The notes beneath the pieces were generated by a model. It ran no database searches and was not told where the DNA came from. It saw only the letters and a list, made by a program, of their open reading frames with translations. This document shows positions 47,564 through 57,265 of a stretch of 64,000 nt of DNA, one piece after another; within the stretch, counting starts at the first letter, position 1, and every line of letters begins with the position of its first letter. The DNA lies in contig JAOPTW010000016.1 in assembly GCA_051532035.1 (NCBI GenBank), forward strand, positions 32,001 through 96,000, read 5' to 3'. Position numbers and translations under genes: made by a program. This DNA is from Fibrobacterales bacterium (GTDB lineage Bacteria; Fibrobacterota; Fibrobacteria; Fibrobacterales; JAOPTW01).

Positions 47564-48247
47564 ATGCAGTTTGCCGTAGTTTCTGACATCCACAGTAATT
47601 TTTATGCTCTAGAGGCAGTTTATTTTGACATCCGCTCACGCGGCATTGACACAATTTATTGCGCCGGTGATATCGCAGGATATTACACACTTCCCAATGA
47701 GACCATTGATCTTCTGAAGAAAATGAACGCTCAGGCAATTTTAGGAAATCACGATTTTGATATCCTGTATCGGAAATTCAAAGATCCAATGAGTTCTAGT
47801 TGTCCCAAAGTTTGGAATTACAACAATCTATCAGAATCGAGTCTTGAATACCTTAAAAGTCTCCCTGATTTTCTCAATGTAGAGGTAGAGGGTAAAAAAA
47901 TCCATATCTGTCATGGAAGTCCCTCGAGTAGAACAGAGTACCTCCACCAAAACAGTCTTGGGGCAGAGCTTGCTATAACCAGTATCGAACACGATATACT
48001 CATATGCGGTCACACTCATATTCCCTATCATCAAAGCTATGGAAACAAACATATTATCAATTCTGGTAGTGTAGGAAAACCAAAAAATGGGTCACCCAAT
48101 GCAACCTATGTAATTGTAACAGTCACTGATGATGTCTCTGTTGAAATTGGCGATGTTCAGTATAAATTCCACAAGACCGTGGAACATGTCGTGAACTCAT
48201 CTGAACTTCCAGAACAAAATACCCTTTCGCTTATATACGGAAAATAG
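47564..48247 (+). CDS. metallophosphoesterase family protein
   Basis: SDIHSN, GD..GY, GNHD, HGSP, GHTH, NSGSVG.P. Start placed at the ATG after GAGGT. Confidence 0.9.
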   Translation: MQFAVVSDIHSNFYALEAVYFDIRSRGIDTIYCAGDIAGYYTLPNETIDLLKKMNAQAILGNHDFDILYRKFKDPMSSSCPKVWNYNNLSESSLEYLKSLPDFLNVEVEGKKIHICHGSPSSRTEYLHQNSLGAELAITSIEHDILICGHTHIPYHQSYGNKHIINSGSVGKPKNGSPNATYVIVTVTDDVSVEIGDVQYKFHKTVEHVVNSSELPEQNTLSLIYGK

Positions 48248-48248
48248 G

Positions 48249-48279
48249 AAACCCCGGCCTGGGGAAGGGCTCGGGGTTT
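48249..48279. terminator. probable bidirectional terminator between convergent genes
   Basis: AAACCCCGGCC...GGCTCGGGGTTT. Confidence 0.7.
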
Positions 48280-48322
48280 ACCTTTGGTGATTGGATTGGG
48301 ACTACTATCTAATCATCATCTA

Positions 48323-49150
48323 CTATTTTGCTATTTTTGCTTTCTTTTCTGTTTTGTACTTAACCGTATGTTTCTCAAAAGTTGTTTCAATACTTTCGGT
48401 ACCTACTGTTCCAATATTTATCTCGAGTGCTCCTGAGCCAGTTGGTGGTTCTTCAGCACCAACCCATGCCATATGTAAGGTATAATCTTGATCAACACCC
48501 GATGTTGGCTCTACTACAACTGACCCTTCATAGAGATCCATAGCTACACCCCACATCACTCCTTGAGCAACGAGAACAACCTCGTGCGTATTATCCACAG
48601 TCAGGTAATCATATGAGAGTGCCAGTGTTTCACCTTTTTCGACGACATCTACTACAACACCATCTACTATGAGCGAAATTGCTGTTACTGAGTCTGGCAG
48701 TTCAGATACAGTCGCCACAAGTCCAGAATAAGAGGCATCAAGATCCAATACTACTTCAGTTACCGACTCTGGCTCTACATAAAAAGAAGTCGCGCCGCTA
48801 TGAATAACCACACCTGCATTATCGACAGTATAAGCGGTGACTGTCCAATTTTTAAATGATGCGAGACCCTCAAAATCAGTAACGACATCATCACCACCTC
48901 TACTCCTTACCTGATATTTTTTAATGATGGCCTCTTCGCCCTGAGCGCTGAGTGTAACCACAAGCTCATCCATTTCAAATTGTGATACTTTAGCAAGAAT
49001 TCCCACTTGTGCTACATCCACAGTCAGTGTTGCGCTGCCTGTCTGATCTGAGCTCTGTGCACTGAGTAGTGAAAGATTGTCGGAACATCCTACAATGCTC
49101 AGAAGTGATACGAGTGCAGCTGCTATTATTACTTTTTTCATATTCCCCAC
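48323..49150 (-). CDS. hypothetical lipoprotein, beta-rich
   Basis: Lipobox IVGC; Val/Thr-rich, Ig-like-looking segments; basic C-terminus. Confidence 0.75.
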   Translation of the reverse strand: MGNMKKVIIAAALVSLLSIVGCSDNLSLLSAQSSDQTGSATLTVDVAQVGILAKVSQFEMDELVVTLSAQGEEAIIKKYQVRSRGGDDVVTDFEGLASFKNWTVTAYTVDNAGVVIHSGATSFYVEPESVTEVVLDLDASYSGLVATVSELPDSVTAISLIVDGVVVDVVEKGETLALSYDYLTVDNTHEVVLVAQGVMWGVAMDLYEGSVVVEPTSGVDQDYTLHMAWVGAEEPPTGSGALEINIGTVGTESIETTFEKHTVKYKTEKKAKIAK

Positions 49151-49390
49151 CCCATTTATGTGTCTGCTGTCTGGATTTCTAAAATGATATTTATATATCG
49201 AGCATTCCCAGAACCAACATTAGCATTAAGTGTATTTTGAACACTTTAATTTCAACATTAAACTATATCTTCTTTAAATTCAACACCTTAACTCACTAGC
49301 ACAACTATGTAAACCAATGAATAGCCTCAAAAAGCACCATATATTAACGGTGATTAATTAAATTGGGTCATTTTTTTCTAAGTTCGAGTC

Positions 49391-49888
49391 ATGACTAGAG
49401 AAGATATTATCTGTATAACGAACCAAGACCTTGTTGACCTTAGCCAAGAAGCGTCAAACAATCCAAGAAAGCGTAAAAATCTCAACGTCCACCAACTTGA
49501 GGACCCTATACAACGTTTTTTTAATGCCCTCGAGCCAAAAACCTATGTACAACCCCATCGCCATATTGACCCGCCAAAGATTGAGACTTTTATTCATGTA
49601 AAAGGGGCATTTTTGGTAGTTCTTTTAAAAGACGATGGTTCAATTCTACGAGTAGAACGGTTTTCTAACTCAAAAGAGAATATTGTTATGGATCTTCAAC
49701 CAGGTGTATGGCACACCCTCATTTGCGAAGAACCGAGTACTGTATATTTCGAGATTAAAACGGGCCCCTATAAAGCACCAACTGACAAAGATTTTGCGCC
49801 CTGGGCACCTAAACCAGAAACTTTAGAAGCGCAACACTACTTAGACCAACTTCATTTAGATGCTCTTGCATTCATGAAATCGGTCTAA
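49391..49888 (+). CDS. WbuC family cupin-fold metalloprotein
   Basis: A...PRKRKNLN.H, QRFFNALEP.TY..PHRH, WHTL, EIK.GPY, FAPWAP. Confidence 0.9.
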   Translation: MTREDIICITNQDLVDLSQEASNNPRKRKNLNVHQLEDPIQRFFNALEPKTYVQPHRHIDPPKIETFIHVKGAFLVVLLKDDGSILRVERFSNSKENIVMDLQPGVWHTLICEEPSTVYFEIKTGPYKAPTDKDFAPWAPKPETLEAQHYLDQLHLDALAFMKSV

Positions 49889-50581
49889 ACAAAACGCTTG
49901 GTTCACATTCTCGGCCACTTGCCGTTGGAGCGCTTCTAATTCTAAACCTAAGTGGTGTGCAGCAGCACTATAGACCTCATCGATAGTACCACCCCAATCA
50001 TCAGTTTCGAAGAGAATCCTATTAAGAGGGGTCTCTTTGAGTGTTGCTATCCTTTTTTTATGCCCCAAGACAATATCTTTACCATAAGAGAACCAGACAG
50101 GCTGGGTAAGGAGTTGCCGCATCTCATCAATAGAGCCCGAAAACCAGTGAAATATCCATGTAGGAATAGAAGTATTACGAGCTATCTCTTGAGCAATATG
50201 GTTCGTTGCTTTTACTGAATGAAGCACAATTGGGGCGTTAAACTGCTGAGCAATAGCAATATGGCGTAAAAAAAGATCATATTGAAGGGCAAAATCTGTG
50301 GAAGCCATACCATCGAGACCCGTTTCACCCACTGCAAGACACCCCGAATGAGGGTCTTTTAATAATTGAGAGAGCAAGGAAAGGTGCTGCTCAAAATCTG
50401 TATCTATATACCATGGGTGCACTCCTGCAGAATGTGTCACATTCGTTGGGCGCTCTCTTCCCAAAAGAGAGGCATAGACAGAAGCCGAAGGAGACACGCT
50501 ATGGGTATGGGCATCAATCTTCCCTCCCAATGCAACTGCTTTTAAGAGTCCACTATGCACCGAAGGTGTTTCATGAGTCAT
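49856..50581 (-). CDS. TatD family hydrolase
   Basis: IDAHTH, GVHPW, AVGETGLD, LH.VKA, FH.FSG, FETDD. Confidence 0.88.
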   Translation of the reverse strand: MTHETPSVHSGLLKAVALGGKIDAHTHSVSPSASVYASLLGRERPTNVTHSAGVHPWYIDTDFEQHLSLLSQLLKDPHSGCLAVGETGLDGMASTDFALQYDLFLRHIAIAQQFNAPIVLHSVKATNHIAQEIARNTSIPTWIFHWFSGSIDEMRQLLTQPVWFSYGKDIVLGHKKRIATLKETPLNRILFETDDWGGTIDEVYSAAAHHLGLELEALQRQVAENVNQAFCLDRFHECKSI

Positions 50582-50677
50582 AATAGTCTACTCGAACAAT
50601 AATTCTGCTACAAAAAATACTCAATTTTAAAATTTGTATGATATAATAAGTGTTATTCACTATCTACTTGAACTCTT

Positions 50678-52459
50678 ATGTTACATGATCATACCGTGAA
50701 CGACATATCACACAGTGCAGAATATATCAACAAGAAACGTGCCCTCAATAGCAAATTGAGTGTAAGTTTCATATTTCTGTTAGGGGCACTTGCCACTACA
50801 TTTTTCTTGAGTGGCTACAAGACACTGACACTAGTACCTGTTCCCTTTATGGTACTATTTATTGCAATCCTATTCGTATCAAAAACAAGATTTACCAAAG
50901 GAGCACGCCAAGGCTTTGTAATCACCTCAAACATTGCTGTTGTCTCACTCTCTATTATAGTGGGTAAAGAGAGTGCTATTGAACTGCTATTCATAGCACT
51001 TATTATGGTTCCTTTTTTGCTGTTTACCGTTAATGAAAAGTATCAACAGGTATTTTCTATCGTCATAGTGCTCTCTTGTGTTGCATGTACTCAAATCATA
51101 CATGTATACAATCCTACTGAAGGAATACCCTCCGCTATGGCGCGTGTGATAGAGTTCATTGTATACTTCTATGTTTTTTTTACTGTTACCGCACTCAATA
51201 TTTCTGCGTATTTAACGACAACATCACGAAGTGATAAATCACAAGAAGACAATGCTGAGTTGGGTAACTACAAGCACAACCTTGAAGAGAAGGTGCTGGA
51301 ACGTACCAAGGCGCTCGAAGAGGCCAACCGCTCTAAATCCGAATTTTTGGCAAGCATGTCAAATGAAATTCTGAGTCCCCTTAATGAAATTATCAGCTAC
51401 AATAAACTTCTCAATGGGGCAATACAGCCGAGTCTCCAAGCTCATGTTACAGCAATCGAAAAATCATCACAAAATCTTCTTACCCTTATTAACGATATTA
51501 TTGATGTTTCTAAACTTGAAACTGGTTGGATTAAGCTCAACAAAAACCCACTCGATTTACAATTAATACTCAACGAGATCAAAGAGACCTACCTCCCTCG
51601 CTGCGAAAATAAACAGGTCACTTTCAATGTGAATATCCCACCGAATTTTCCCCATAGAATCATATTGGATGAACTGAGGCTCCGTCAAATCATCACCAAC
51701 TTTGTAAGTAACTCCGTTAAGTTTACTTCTTCGGGCACCATTACTATCGATGTCTCCTTTGATTATATCAACGAGAAGCTTATCTCATTTGGTCTACAGA
51801 TTACTGACACCGGGAAAGGCATACCTCAAAACAAACTTGAGAATCTATTCGACACTTTTAGCGTTGGTAACGTCAAAGACTCGGTTAAATATAAAGGAAC
51901 GGGACTGGGCCTCTCTATATGTGAAAAACTCATCCGTATGATGGATGGTACCATCAAAGTAAAAAGCCAGCTCAACAAAGGAACAACTTTTACGATCCAC
52001 TTTGGTGATGTAGCAATATCTGAACTCCATGCCATTTCTACCGCTGGTCTCAAAGAGGTCAGCGATATTGATTTTAATGGCCAGACCATTTTAGCCGTTG
52101 ATGATGTTGCCTTTAATAGGGATATAGTATCAAAGATTTTAACCAAACATAACTTGCAAGTAATTACCGCTGAGAATGGGTCAGAGGCAGCCCTTATTGC
52201 CCAAAAGGTAATTCCCGATCTCATCATCATGGATATTAGAATGCCCATAATGAATGGATATCAGGCTGCCGAAATTATTAAAACAGGCGTAGACACCAAA
52301 CAAATTCCTATAATTGCATTAACGGCATCGACCAGTTCTAAGGACATCGATGATGATGACAATAACTTTTTTGACGGTGTACTCCCCAAACCAATTAAAG
52401 CACCACTACTGCTAGGGGAGCTTTCGAAGCACCTTCATATAGACGGAACGATTAAGTGA
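50678..52459 (+). CDS. membrane hybrid sensor kinase/response regulator with degenerate H-box
   Basis: About 6 TM; KSEFLASMSNEILSPLN (His replaced by Asn); LRQII.N.V.N.VKFT, DTG.GI, GTGLGL; receiver VDD...IMDIRMP..NGY...KP. Confidence 0.9.
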   Translation: MLHDHTVNDISHSAEYINKKRALNSKLSVSFIFLLGALATTFFLSGYKTLTLVPVPFMVLFIAILFVSKTRFTKGARQGFVITSNIAVVSLSIIVGKESAIELLFIALIMVPFLLFTVNEKYQQVFSIVIVLSCVACTQIIHVYNPTEGIPSAMARVIEFIVYFYVFFTVTALNISAYLTTTSRSDKSQEDNAELGNYKHNLEEKVLERTKALEEANRSKSEFLASMSNEILSPLNEIISYNKLLNGAIQPSLQAHVTAIEKSSQNLLTLINDIIDVSKLETGWIKLNKNPLDLQLILNEIKETYLPRCENKQVTFNVNIPPNFPHRIILDELRLRQIITNFVSNSVKFTSSGTITIDVSFDYINEKLISFGLQITDTGKGIPQNKLENLFDTFSVGNVKDSVKYKGTGLGLSICEKLIRMMDGTIKVKSQLNKGTTFTIHFGDVAISELHAISTAGLKEVSDIDFNGQTILAVDDVAFNRDIVSKILTKHNLQVITAENGSEAALIAQKVIPDLIIMDIRMPIMNGYQAAEIIKTGVDTKQIPIIALTASTSSKDIDDDDNNFFDGVLPKPIKAPLLLGELSKHLHIDGTIK

Positions 52460-53379
52460 AACTTTTTATCTATTTAAAAAACCCAATTAAGACATTTGAT
52501 ATGCAAGCATACATTCACGAGATGGTGCTTAAACAGTTCCCTACCCTCGAAGTGGAATCTTTTGAGCGATTTTCCGACCTAGTAGAACGCATTCATGAGC
52601 CCAATATAATTGTCACTTGGGTTTTCAAAAAAGAACTCTACGCCAAAGCAACCAACCTTAAAGAGATCTACACCCCTGCAGCTGGTAATGACTGGGTTGC
52701 TGATGATCCTTCAAGAAATGTTGATGTCACATACGGGACGTTTCACGGTTCAATGATGGCAGAATCACTCGTGGGAAACATCCTCTACCACAGTCATCGC
52801 ACCCCACTCATGGTTACTCGTCAAAAGGAGCATCACTGGGACCGGGCTGCCCAATCAGGGATTACTCTTTTAAAAGATCAAACAATCCTTATCATAGGAT
52901 ATGGCAATATTGGACGCGCCTGCGCTCAACTGCTTATCCCCTTTGGCTGTCATGTTATTGGTATGAAGCGATCCATCTCCAGTTCAATCGATGAGTTTGG
53001 TGTTGAGTGCACTACTCCCGAGCATATGGAGTCAGCACTTGAGCGCGCCGATCATGTCGTACTTATTTTACCTTCGGGACATGCTACAGACGGTATGTTT
53101 AAACAAGAGTACTTTACCTTTATGAAAAAATCAGCATTTATTCACAACATTGGGCGGGGGAATGCTATCACTACAGAGAGTCTTATATGGGCACTTGAAA
53201 ATGAAGTTATTGCTGGTGCTGCTATCGATGTTTTTGAAGTGGAACCCCTCCCTAAAGAGTCACCCCTCTGGGACCTCAAGAATCTTTTTATCACGCCCCA
53301 TTCAGCCTGTGTCTTTGAAAATTATAAGAGTGAGTTTTTCTACGAACTGCGCGATGCACTTTCGGAGCGCCTCGACTAG
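52456..53379 (+). CDS. D-2-hydroxyacid dehydrogenase family protein
   Basis: IIGYGNIG, FIHNIGRG, GAAIDVFEVEPLP..SPLW, ITPH. Confidence 0.9.
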   Translation: MKLFIYLKNPIKTFDMQAYIHEMVLKQFPTLEVESFERFSDLVERIHEPNIIVTWVFKKELYAKATNLKEIYTPAAGNDWVADDPSRNVDVTYGTFHGSMMAESLVGNILYHSHRTPLMVTRQKEHHWDRAAQSGITLLKDQTILIIGYGNIGRACAQLLIPFGCHVIGMKRSISSSIDEFGVECTTPEHMESALERADHVVLILPSGHATDGMFKQEYFTFMKKSAFIHNIGRGNAITTESLIWALENEVIAGAAIDVFEVEPLPKESPLWDLKNLFITPHSACVFENYKSEFFYELRDALSERLD

Positions 53380-53404
53380 TACTTAATAGTAGTACTCTAT
53401 GTTA

Positions 53405-53668
53405 TTACTGATATTCAAGATAGCGAAGCCCTTTGAGGAGTGAGTGAGTCGTCTCATCTCTGAGAGGCTCATAGAGCTTTGTACGCCCTATTTGGTCGAG
53501 CACAGGAAACCCTTGCACCGGCATCGTTTCATCACAGGGAATAAAACATCCTATCACTTGGTTCCCTTGTACAACTGCAATTGGTTCACCACCATTTGAT
53601 ACTTGTGCAAGTCTCTGCCCCAACCGTGTGCTATCAATAACTTCCATATTCCCACCAACTCCTATCAT
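53405..53668 (-). CDS. small protein with Phd/YefM antitoxin-like N-terminus
   Basis: MEVI...L.Q.L..V..GGEPIAVV.G..VIGCFIP resembles the Phd/YefM DNA-binding domain. Confidence 0.4.
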   Translation of the reverse strand: MIGVGGNMEVIDSTRLGQRLAQVSNGGEPIAVVQGNQVIGCFIPCDETMPVQGFPVLDQIGRTKLYEPLRDETTHSLLKGLRYLEYQ

Positions 53669-53876
53669 GTCGAATCCATAAGTGAAACCATTTTACTCTT
53701 GATCACAAAAGGAGTCAAGATTATAAACTCACCTTTAAAATTTTTAGCATAGCCTCACATAAAATAGAGTTAAGATTTCTAATTCCTCAATTTTATTTTT
53801 TATACACCCATAGTTATTTGTTTTTAAGAGAGCTCTGCAGTTTCTAGATTACAGAGTTGTCTCACCTTTTTTTACT

Positions 53877-54596
53877 ATGTTTCACCTTACTATGAAAGAT
53901 GCTACCTACTTTATATCGCTCCTCAATCTGAGTATCATGCTTATCCCCTGTGCTATTGTGGCACTCTTTTACTACCGATGGCAGCTGAAAGATCAAAAGC
54001 CACTCTACTCTCTGACTCGTATGATTGTACAGCTCCTTCTTGTGGGATACTGTCTCAGTTTTATTTTTACTCAACACAACGTGATCATCACCCTTGGAGT
54101 GGTAGTCATCATGATTCTCTTTGCAACCTGGATTGCCCTCAGAGTTATGCCGGGACGTAAAAAAGAGCTCCTCTTTAAATCCTTTCTCGCCATCATCCTC
54201 TCATTTATTCCCATTTATATCATCACCACCTTTTTTGTTATTAACTTAGATCCTTGGCACAACCCTCGCTATCTTATTCCTCTTGCAGGAATGATGCTCG
54301 CCCGTTCAGTAGATAGCGTCAGCTTGAGCGCTGAACGTTTTTTTAGTGAAAAAGATGCCGGACATGACTACCTCACCTGTCGATTTGCGGGATTCAAATC
54401 AGCAATGATCCCCACTATAAACTCTCTTGTGGCTGTTGGAATCGTTTTTATCCCTGGAATGATGACAGGACAAATACTCTCGGGAATCGATCCACTCATT
54501 GCAGTACGCTATCAGATACTGGTCATGACAATGATTTTTAGTGTAACCGGCCTCAGTGCAGTCATTTTTCTTAAAATGAATAAGTTCGAGCGTTAA
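53877..54596 (+). CDS. UPF0014 (FetB/YbbM-like) ABC transporter permease
   Basis: RM.VQLLLVGY.L, P.YLIPLAGM, A.IPTINSL..VGIV.IPGMMTGQILSG.DPL.AVRYQI. Confidence 0.92.
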   Translation: MFHLTMKDATYFISLLNLSIMLIPCAIVALFYYRWQLKDQKPLYSLTRMIVQLLLVGYCLSFIFTQHNVIITLGVVVIMILFATWIALRVMPGRKKELLFKSFLAIILSFIPIYIITTFFVINLDPWHNPRYLIPLAGMMLARSVDSVSLSAERFFSEKDAGHDYLTCRFAGFKSAMIPTINSLVAVGIVFIPGMMTGQILSGIDPLIAVRYQILVMTMIFSVTGLSAVIFLKMNKFER

Positions 54597-54644
54597 CCAC
54601 CAAAACTTATTTGACTCAGACTCATTTTTGGTATATTTATTCTG

Positions 54645-55340
54645 ATGATAAAAATACCAACTCTCCTTTCGCTTCTCCTTATTTCGGCTCTCACCCTAGT
54701 GATTTGTTCATGCAATAATCCCAGTGACAAACGATACCCAGTTAAGGGAATTGACGTTTCTCACCACCAAGGTGACATTATATGGGATAGTATCATCAAT
54801 CAAAAGATCACCTTTGCCTTTTTAAAAGCAACAGAGGGTGAAAACCACAAAGACACCCGTTTTGAAGAGTATTGGGATGCAATTTCCCACAGTTCCATTA
54901 AAAAAGGGGCCTACCACTTTTTTAGCTTTTGTAAAGAGGGTGTTGCACAAGCAAAAAACTATATCGCATCCGTAACACTGACCAGTGGTGACTTACCTCC
55001 AGCCGTTGATTTGGAGTTTGCAGGTAATTGTAAAAATGCTTTTGAAACGCCAAAACTTATTGCAGAAATACGTACCTACCTCGATAGTATAGAAGGACAC
55101 TACGGAGTGAAGCCGGTAATATACACCACAAATAAATTTTATAAAGAAGTGATATTTGAGCACTTCAAAGATCAAAACATCTGGATTCGCAACACTTATT
55201 TTAACCCTTCTCTTTCGAATCGTAAAAACTGGATTTTTTGGCAGTATAAAGTAGGGCCTTTTCCCGGTATCGCTGGAGATGTAGATCTCAATGTCTTTAA
55301 TGGGTCACTCGAAAAACTGAATAGTTATTGTATCCCATAG
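54645..55340 (+). CDS. GH25 lysozyme/muramidase (possible lipoprotein)
   Basis: GIDVSHHQG, FLKATEG, GAYHFF, LPPAVDLE, FWQY, G.VDLNVF. Confidence 0.93.
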   Translation: MIKIPTLLSLLLISALTLVICSCNNPSDKRYPVKGIDVSHHQGDIIWDSIINQKITFAFLKATEGENHKDTRFEEYWDAISHSSIKKGAYHFFSFCKEGVAQAKNYIASVTLTSGDLPPAVDLEFAGNCKNAFETPKLIAEIRTYLDSIEGHYGVKPVIYTTNKFYKEVIFEHFKDQNIWIRNTYFNPSLSNRKNWIFWQYKVGPFPGIAGDVDLNVFNGSLEKLNSYCIP

Positions 55341-55903
55341 CGTTTATCAAGATAATCAAAAAGTTTTTGATACTCCTCTCTCCGAGGAACAAAGTCCAAA
55401 CTATCATTCATTAATCTCTCTAATATCGAATAGTGACGCCATGTCACCTCAGTAACCTCTTCGACCTGTAATGAGAGTGATTCCAGAACCACCTCTTTCT
55501 CTACGAGATAGACATACTGAAATACCTGTTCAAAGAGGACAGGTGTCCGAAGAGACGTTTGTACGGCAAAGAGAAAGGTCAAGTCTGATTCAGTAATTTC
55601 AAGCCCAATTTCTTCTGAAACTTCTCGCACTGCACTCACGGTAAGAGTATCACTGTCAACCACATGACCTGCAGCACTCAAGTCCCAGAGGCCCGGGTAG
55701 ATTTCGGCATCGGCAGAGCGCTTTTGAAAGAGCAACTCACCTTTGGTATTCACTATCCAAACATGTACGGTTGCATGCCAGTCACCACCGATATGGGCAT
55801 CACGACGACTCTTAAACTGATCAGTTGGTTTTCCGCTCTCTGTATATATTCTCAGTTGCTCATCTAGTGCCATCATTCCCTCCATTACCCTCATTCTCCT
55901 CAA
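55325..55903 (-). CDS. NUDIX hydrolase (IDI-like)
   Basis: H..VHVWI, QKRS...YPGLWD.SAAGHV, AVREVSEEIG, EEV. Confidence 0.88.
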   Translation of the reverse strand: MRRMRVMEGMMALDEQLRIYTESGKPTDQFKSRRDAHIGGDWHATVHVWIVNTKGELLFQKRSADAEIYPGLWDLSAAGHVVDSDTLTVSAVREVSEEIGLEITESDLTFLFAVQTSLRTPVLFEQVFQYVYLVEKEVVLESLSLQVEEVTEVTWRHYSILERLMNDSLDFVPRREEYQKLFDYLDKRYGIQ

Positions 55904-55969
55904 AAAACAGCCAAAAAAGGAGATCTCAGCATTAATCTAGGTAATTTTTTATTTTTCTTCTCAAAACAG

Positions 55970-55995
55970 TATCACATTCTCCCGGTCCTACCGTT
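55970..55995 (+). promoter_or_regulatory. candidate autoregulatory ECF promoter
   Basis: TATCACA-N15-CGTT ending 12 nt before the sigma ATG; resembles TCACA...CGT ECF promoters. Confidence 0.4.
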
Positions 55996-56007
55996 TTACT
56001 TACAGAT

Positions 56008-56490
56008 ATGAATAATAGACAACTAGAGAACCTATTTATGCAGTTTTCACCCCTTGCATTTTCTGTAAGTGTCTCAGTCCTCCATTCCCGTGAAGAGGCT
56101 GAAGATGTTGTACAAGAGCTCTTTCTTAATCGAGTGCCCAAAATGATAGATCGCTATAGCGATGTCAGCCCCGAAGAGATGGGCCGAATTATTGCTCGCA
56201 GTGCCAAAAACCTATCGATAGACATGTTTCGTAAAAAAAGACGCTACCCAGAACAACAAATTGGTGAGACTGATGCTGTAACCCAGGTTGAGAACCCAGC
56301 AGAGACTCCCGAGGTGACGACACTCCTCAATGCTGTGAACGAAACCGATCGAGAAGTCCTCACCCTTAAATATCTTAACAAGCTCACTTGGACCCAAGTT
56401 GCAGAAACTCTCGGTCTCTCCGAAGTAGGTTCACGTAAACGGGGACGCATTGCCCTTGAACGCATCAAAAATTTGGTTAAACGAGGGTAA
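56008..56490 (+). CDS. ECF RNA polymerase sigma factor
   Basis: EEAEDVVQELFL, AKNLSIDMFRK, DREVL.LKY...LTW.QVAETLG.S. Confidence 0.88.
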   Translation: MNNRQLENLFMQFSPLAFSVSVSVLHSREEAEDVVQELFLNRVPKMIDRYSDVSPEEMGRIIARSAKNLSIDMFRKKRRYPEQQIGETDAVTQVENPAETPEVTTLLNAVNETDREVLTLKYLNKLTWTQVAETLGLSEVGSRKRGRIALERIKNLVKRG

Positions 56491-56491
56491 T

Positions 56492-57265
56492 ATGAAACAA
56501 AAACCACTCAGTGATATTGACCTTCAGCTCTTTCTTGCCAAAGCACTTCCTTTGCGTAAACGGCTGTATATCCGAATCCTACTCCTCCTTTCTCCGGAAC
56601 TTCAAAAACAGTATGCAACCATAGTTGCAGAGAATGCCACTTTTATGAACCGAGAACAACCGAGGCTCCACCAATCTCTCTTTGGAAAAAGTACCAAGAG
56701 TGCTCCTACCCCAAAAACATCTCTTTTTATGGTTCCATGGTTAAAACCAGCCCTCTCCTTTGCCCTTGTAGCGCTTATTGCACTCCCAATGGTTACTACC
56801 TATATGGCAACAAACACTCATTCTCCAGGTCAACCCTACTACGCCTCAAAGGGCTCAGGACTTGGGGTTTCACTCTACAAAAAAGAGAAAGAGTACACAC
56901 TCCTGAGTGATAGCCATATCACTCTCAACATTTCTGACACACTCCAGCTCATGCCTATGGGAACTTCCGATCAGTTTGTTGCGCTCTACACACTCCATAA
57001 TAACACCCTCTCTCGCATCTACCCCGAAGAAGCCCAGGTACTGACGCTCTTTAATGAACAAACACTCCCTCCGTCGCTCATTTTTGATGGTGATACGACA
57101 CGACTCATTGCCGTTACTGCCGAAACACAACACGCTCTCACCCAAGTCGAACAGATCATTGCAGGCTTTACCTCAGGTTACGCTCAGACACCCCCACTCT
57201 CGCACCTTGTTGACAACATCTACATACAACCATTTCTTATTACTTTAGAGGTACCCCATGATTAA
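56492..57265 (+). CDS. putative transmembrane anti-sigma factor
   Basis: N-terminal SDIDLQLFL...L (degenerate ASD-like), one TM, SKG motif, periplasmic beta domain. Start placed at ATG 56492 after GAGGG. Confidence 0.65.
   Translation: MKQKPLSDIDLQLFLAKALPLRKRLYIRILLLLSPELQKQYATIVAENATFMNREQPRLHQSLFGKSTKSAPTPKTSLFMVPWLKPALSFALVALIALPMVTTYMATNTHSPGQPYYASKGSGLGVSLYKKEKEYTLLSDSHITLNISDTLQLMPMGTSDQFVALYTLHNNTLSRIYPEEAQVLTLFNEQTLPPSLIFDGDTTRLIAVTAETQHALTQVEQIIAGFTSGYAQTPPLSHLVDNIYIQPFLITLEVPHD

Noticed and set aside
54645..55340. GH25 lysozyme (and the M15 peptidase at 11612) as prophage endolysins
   Set aside because: Both have export signals, and there are no holin, structural, integrase or replication genes.
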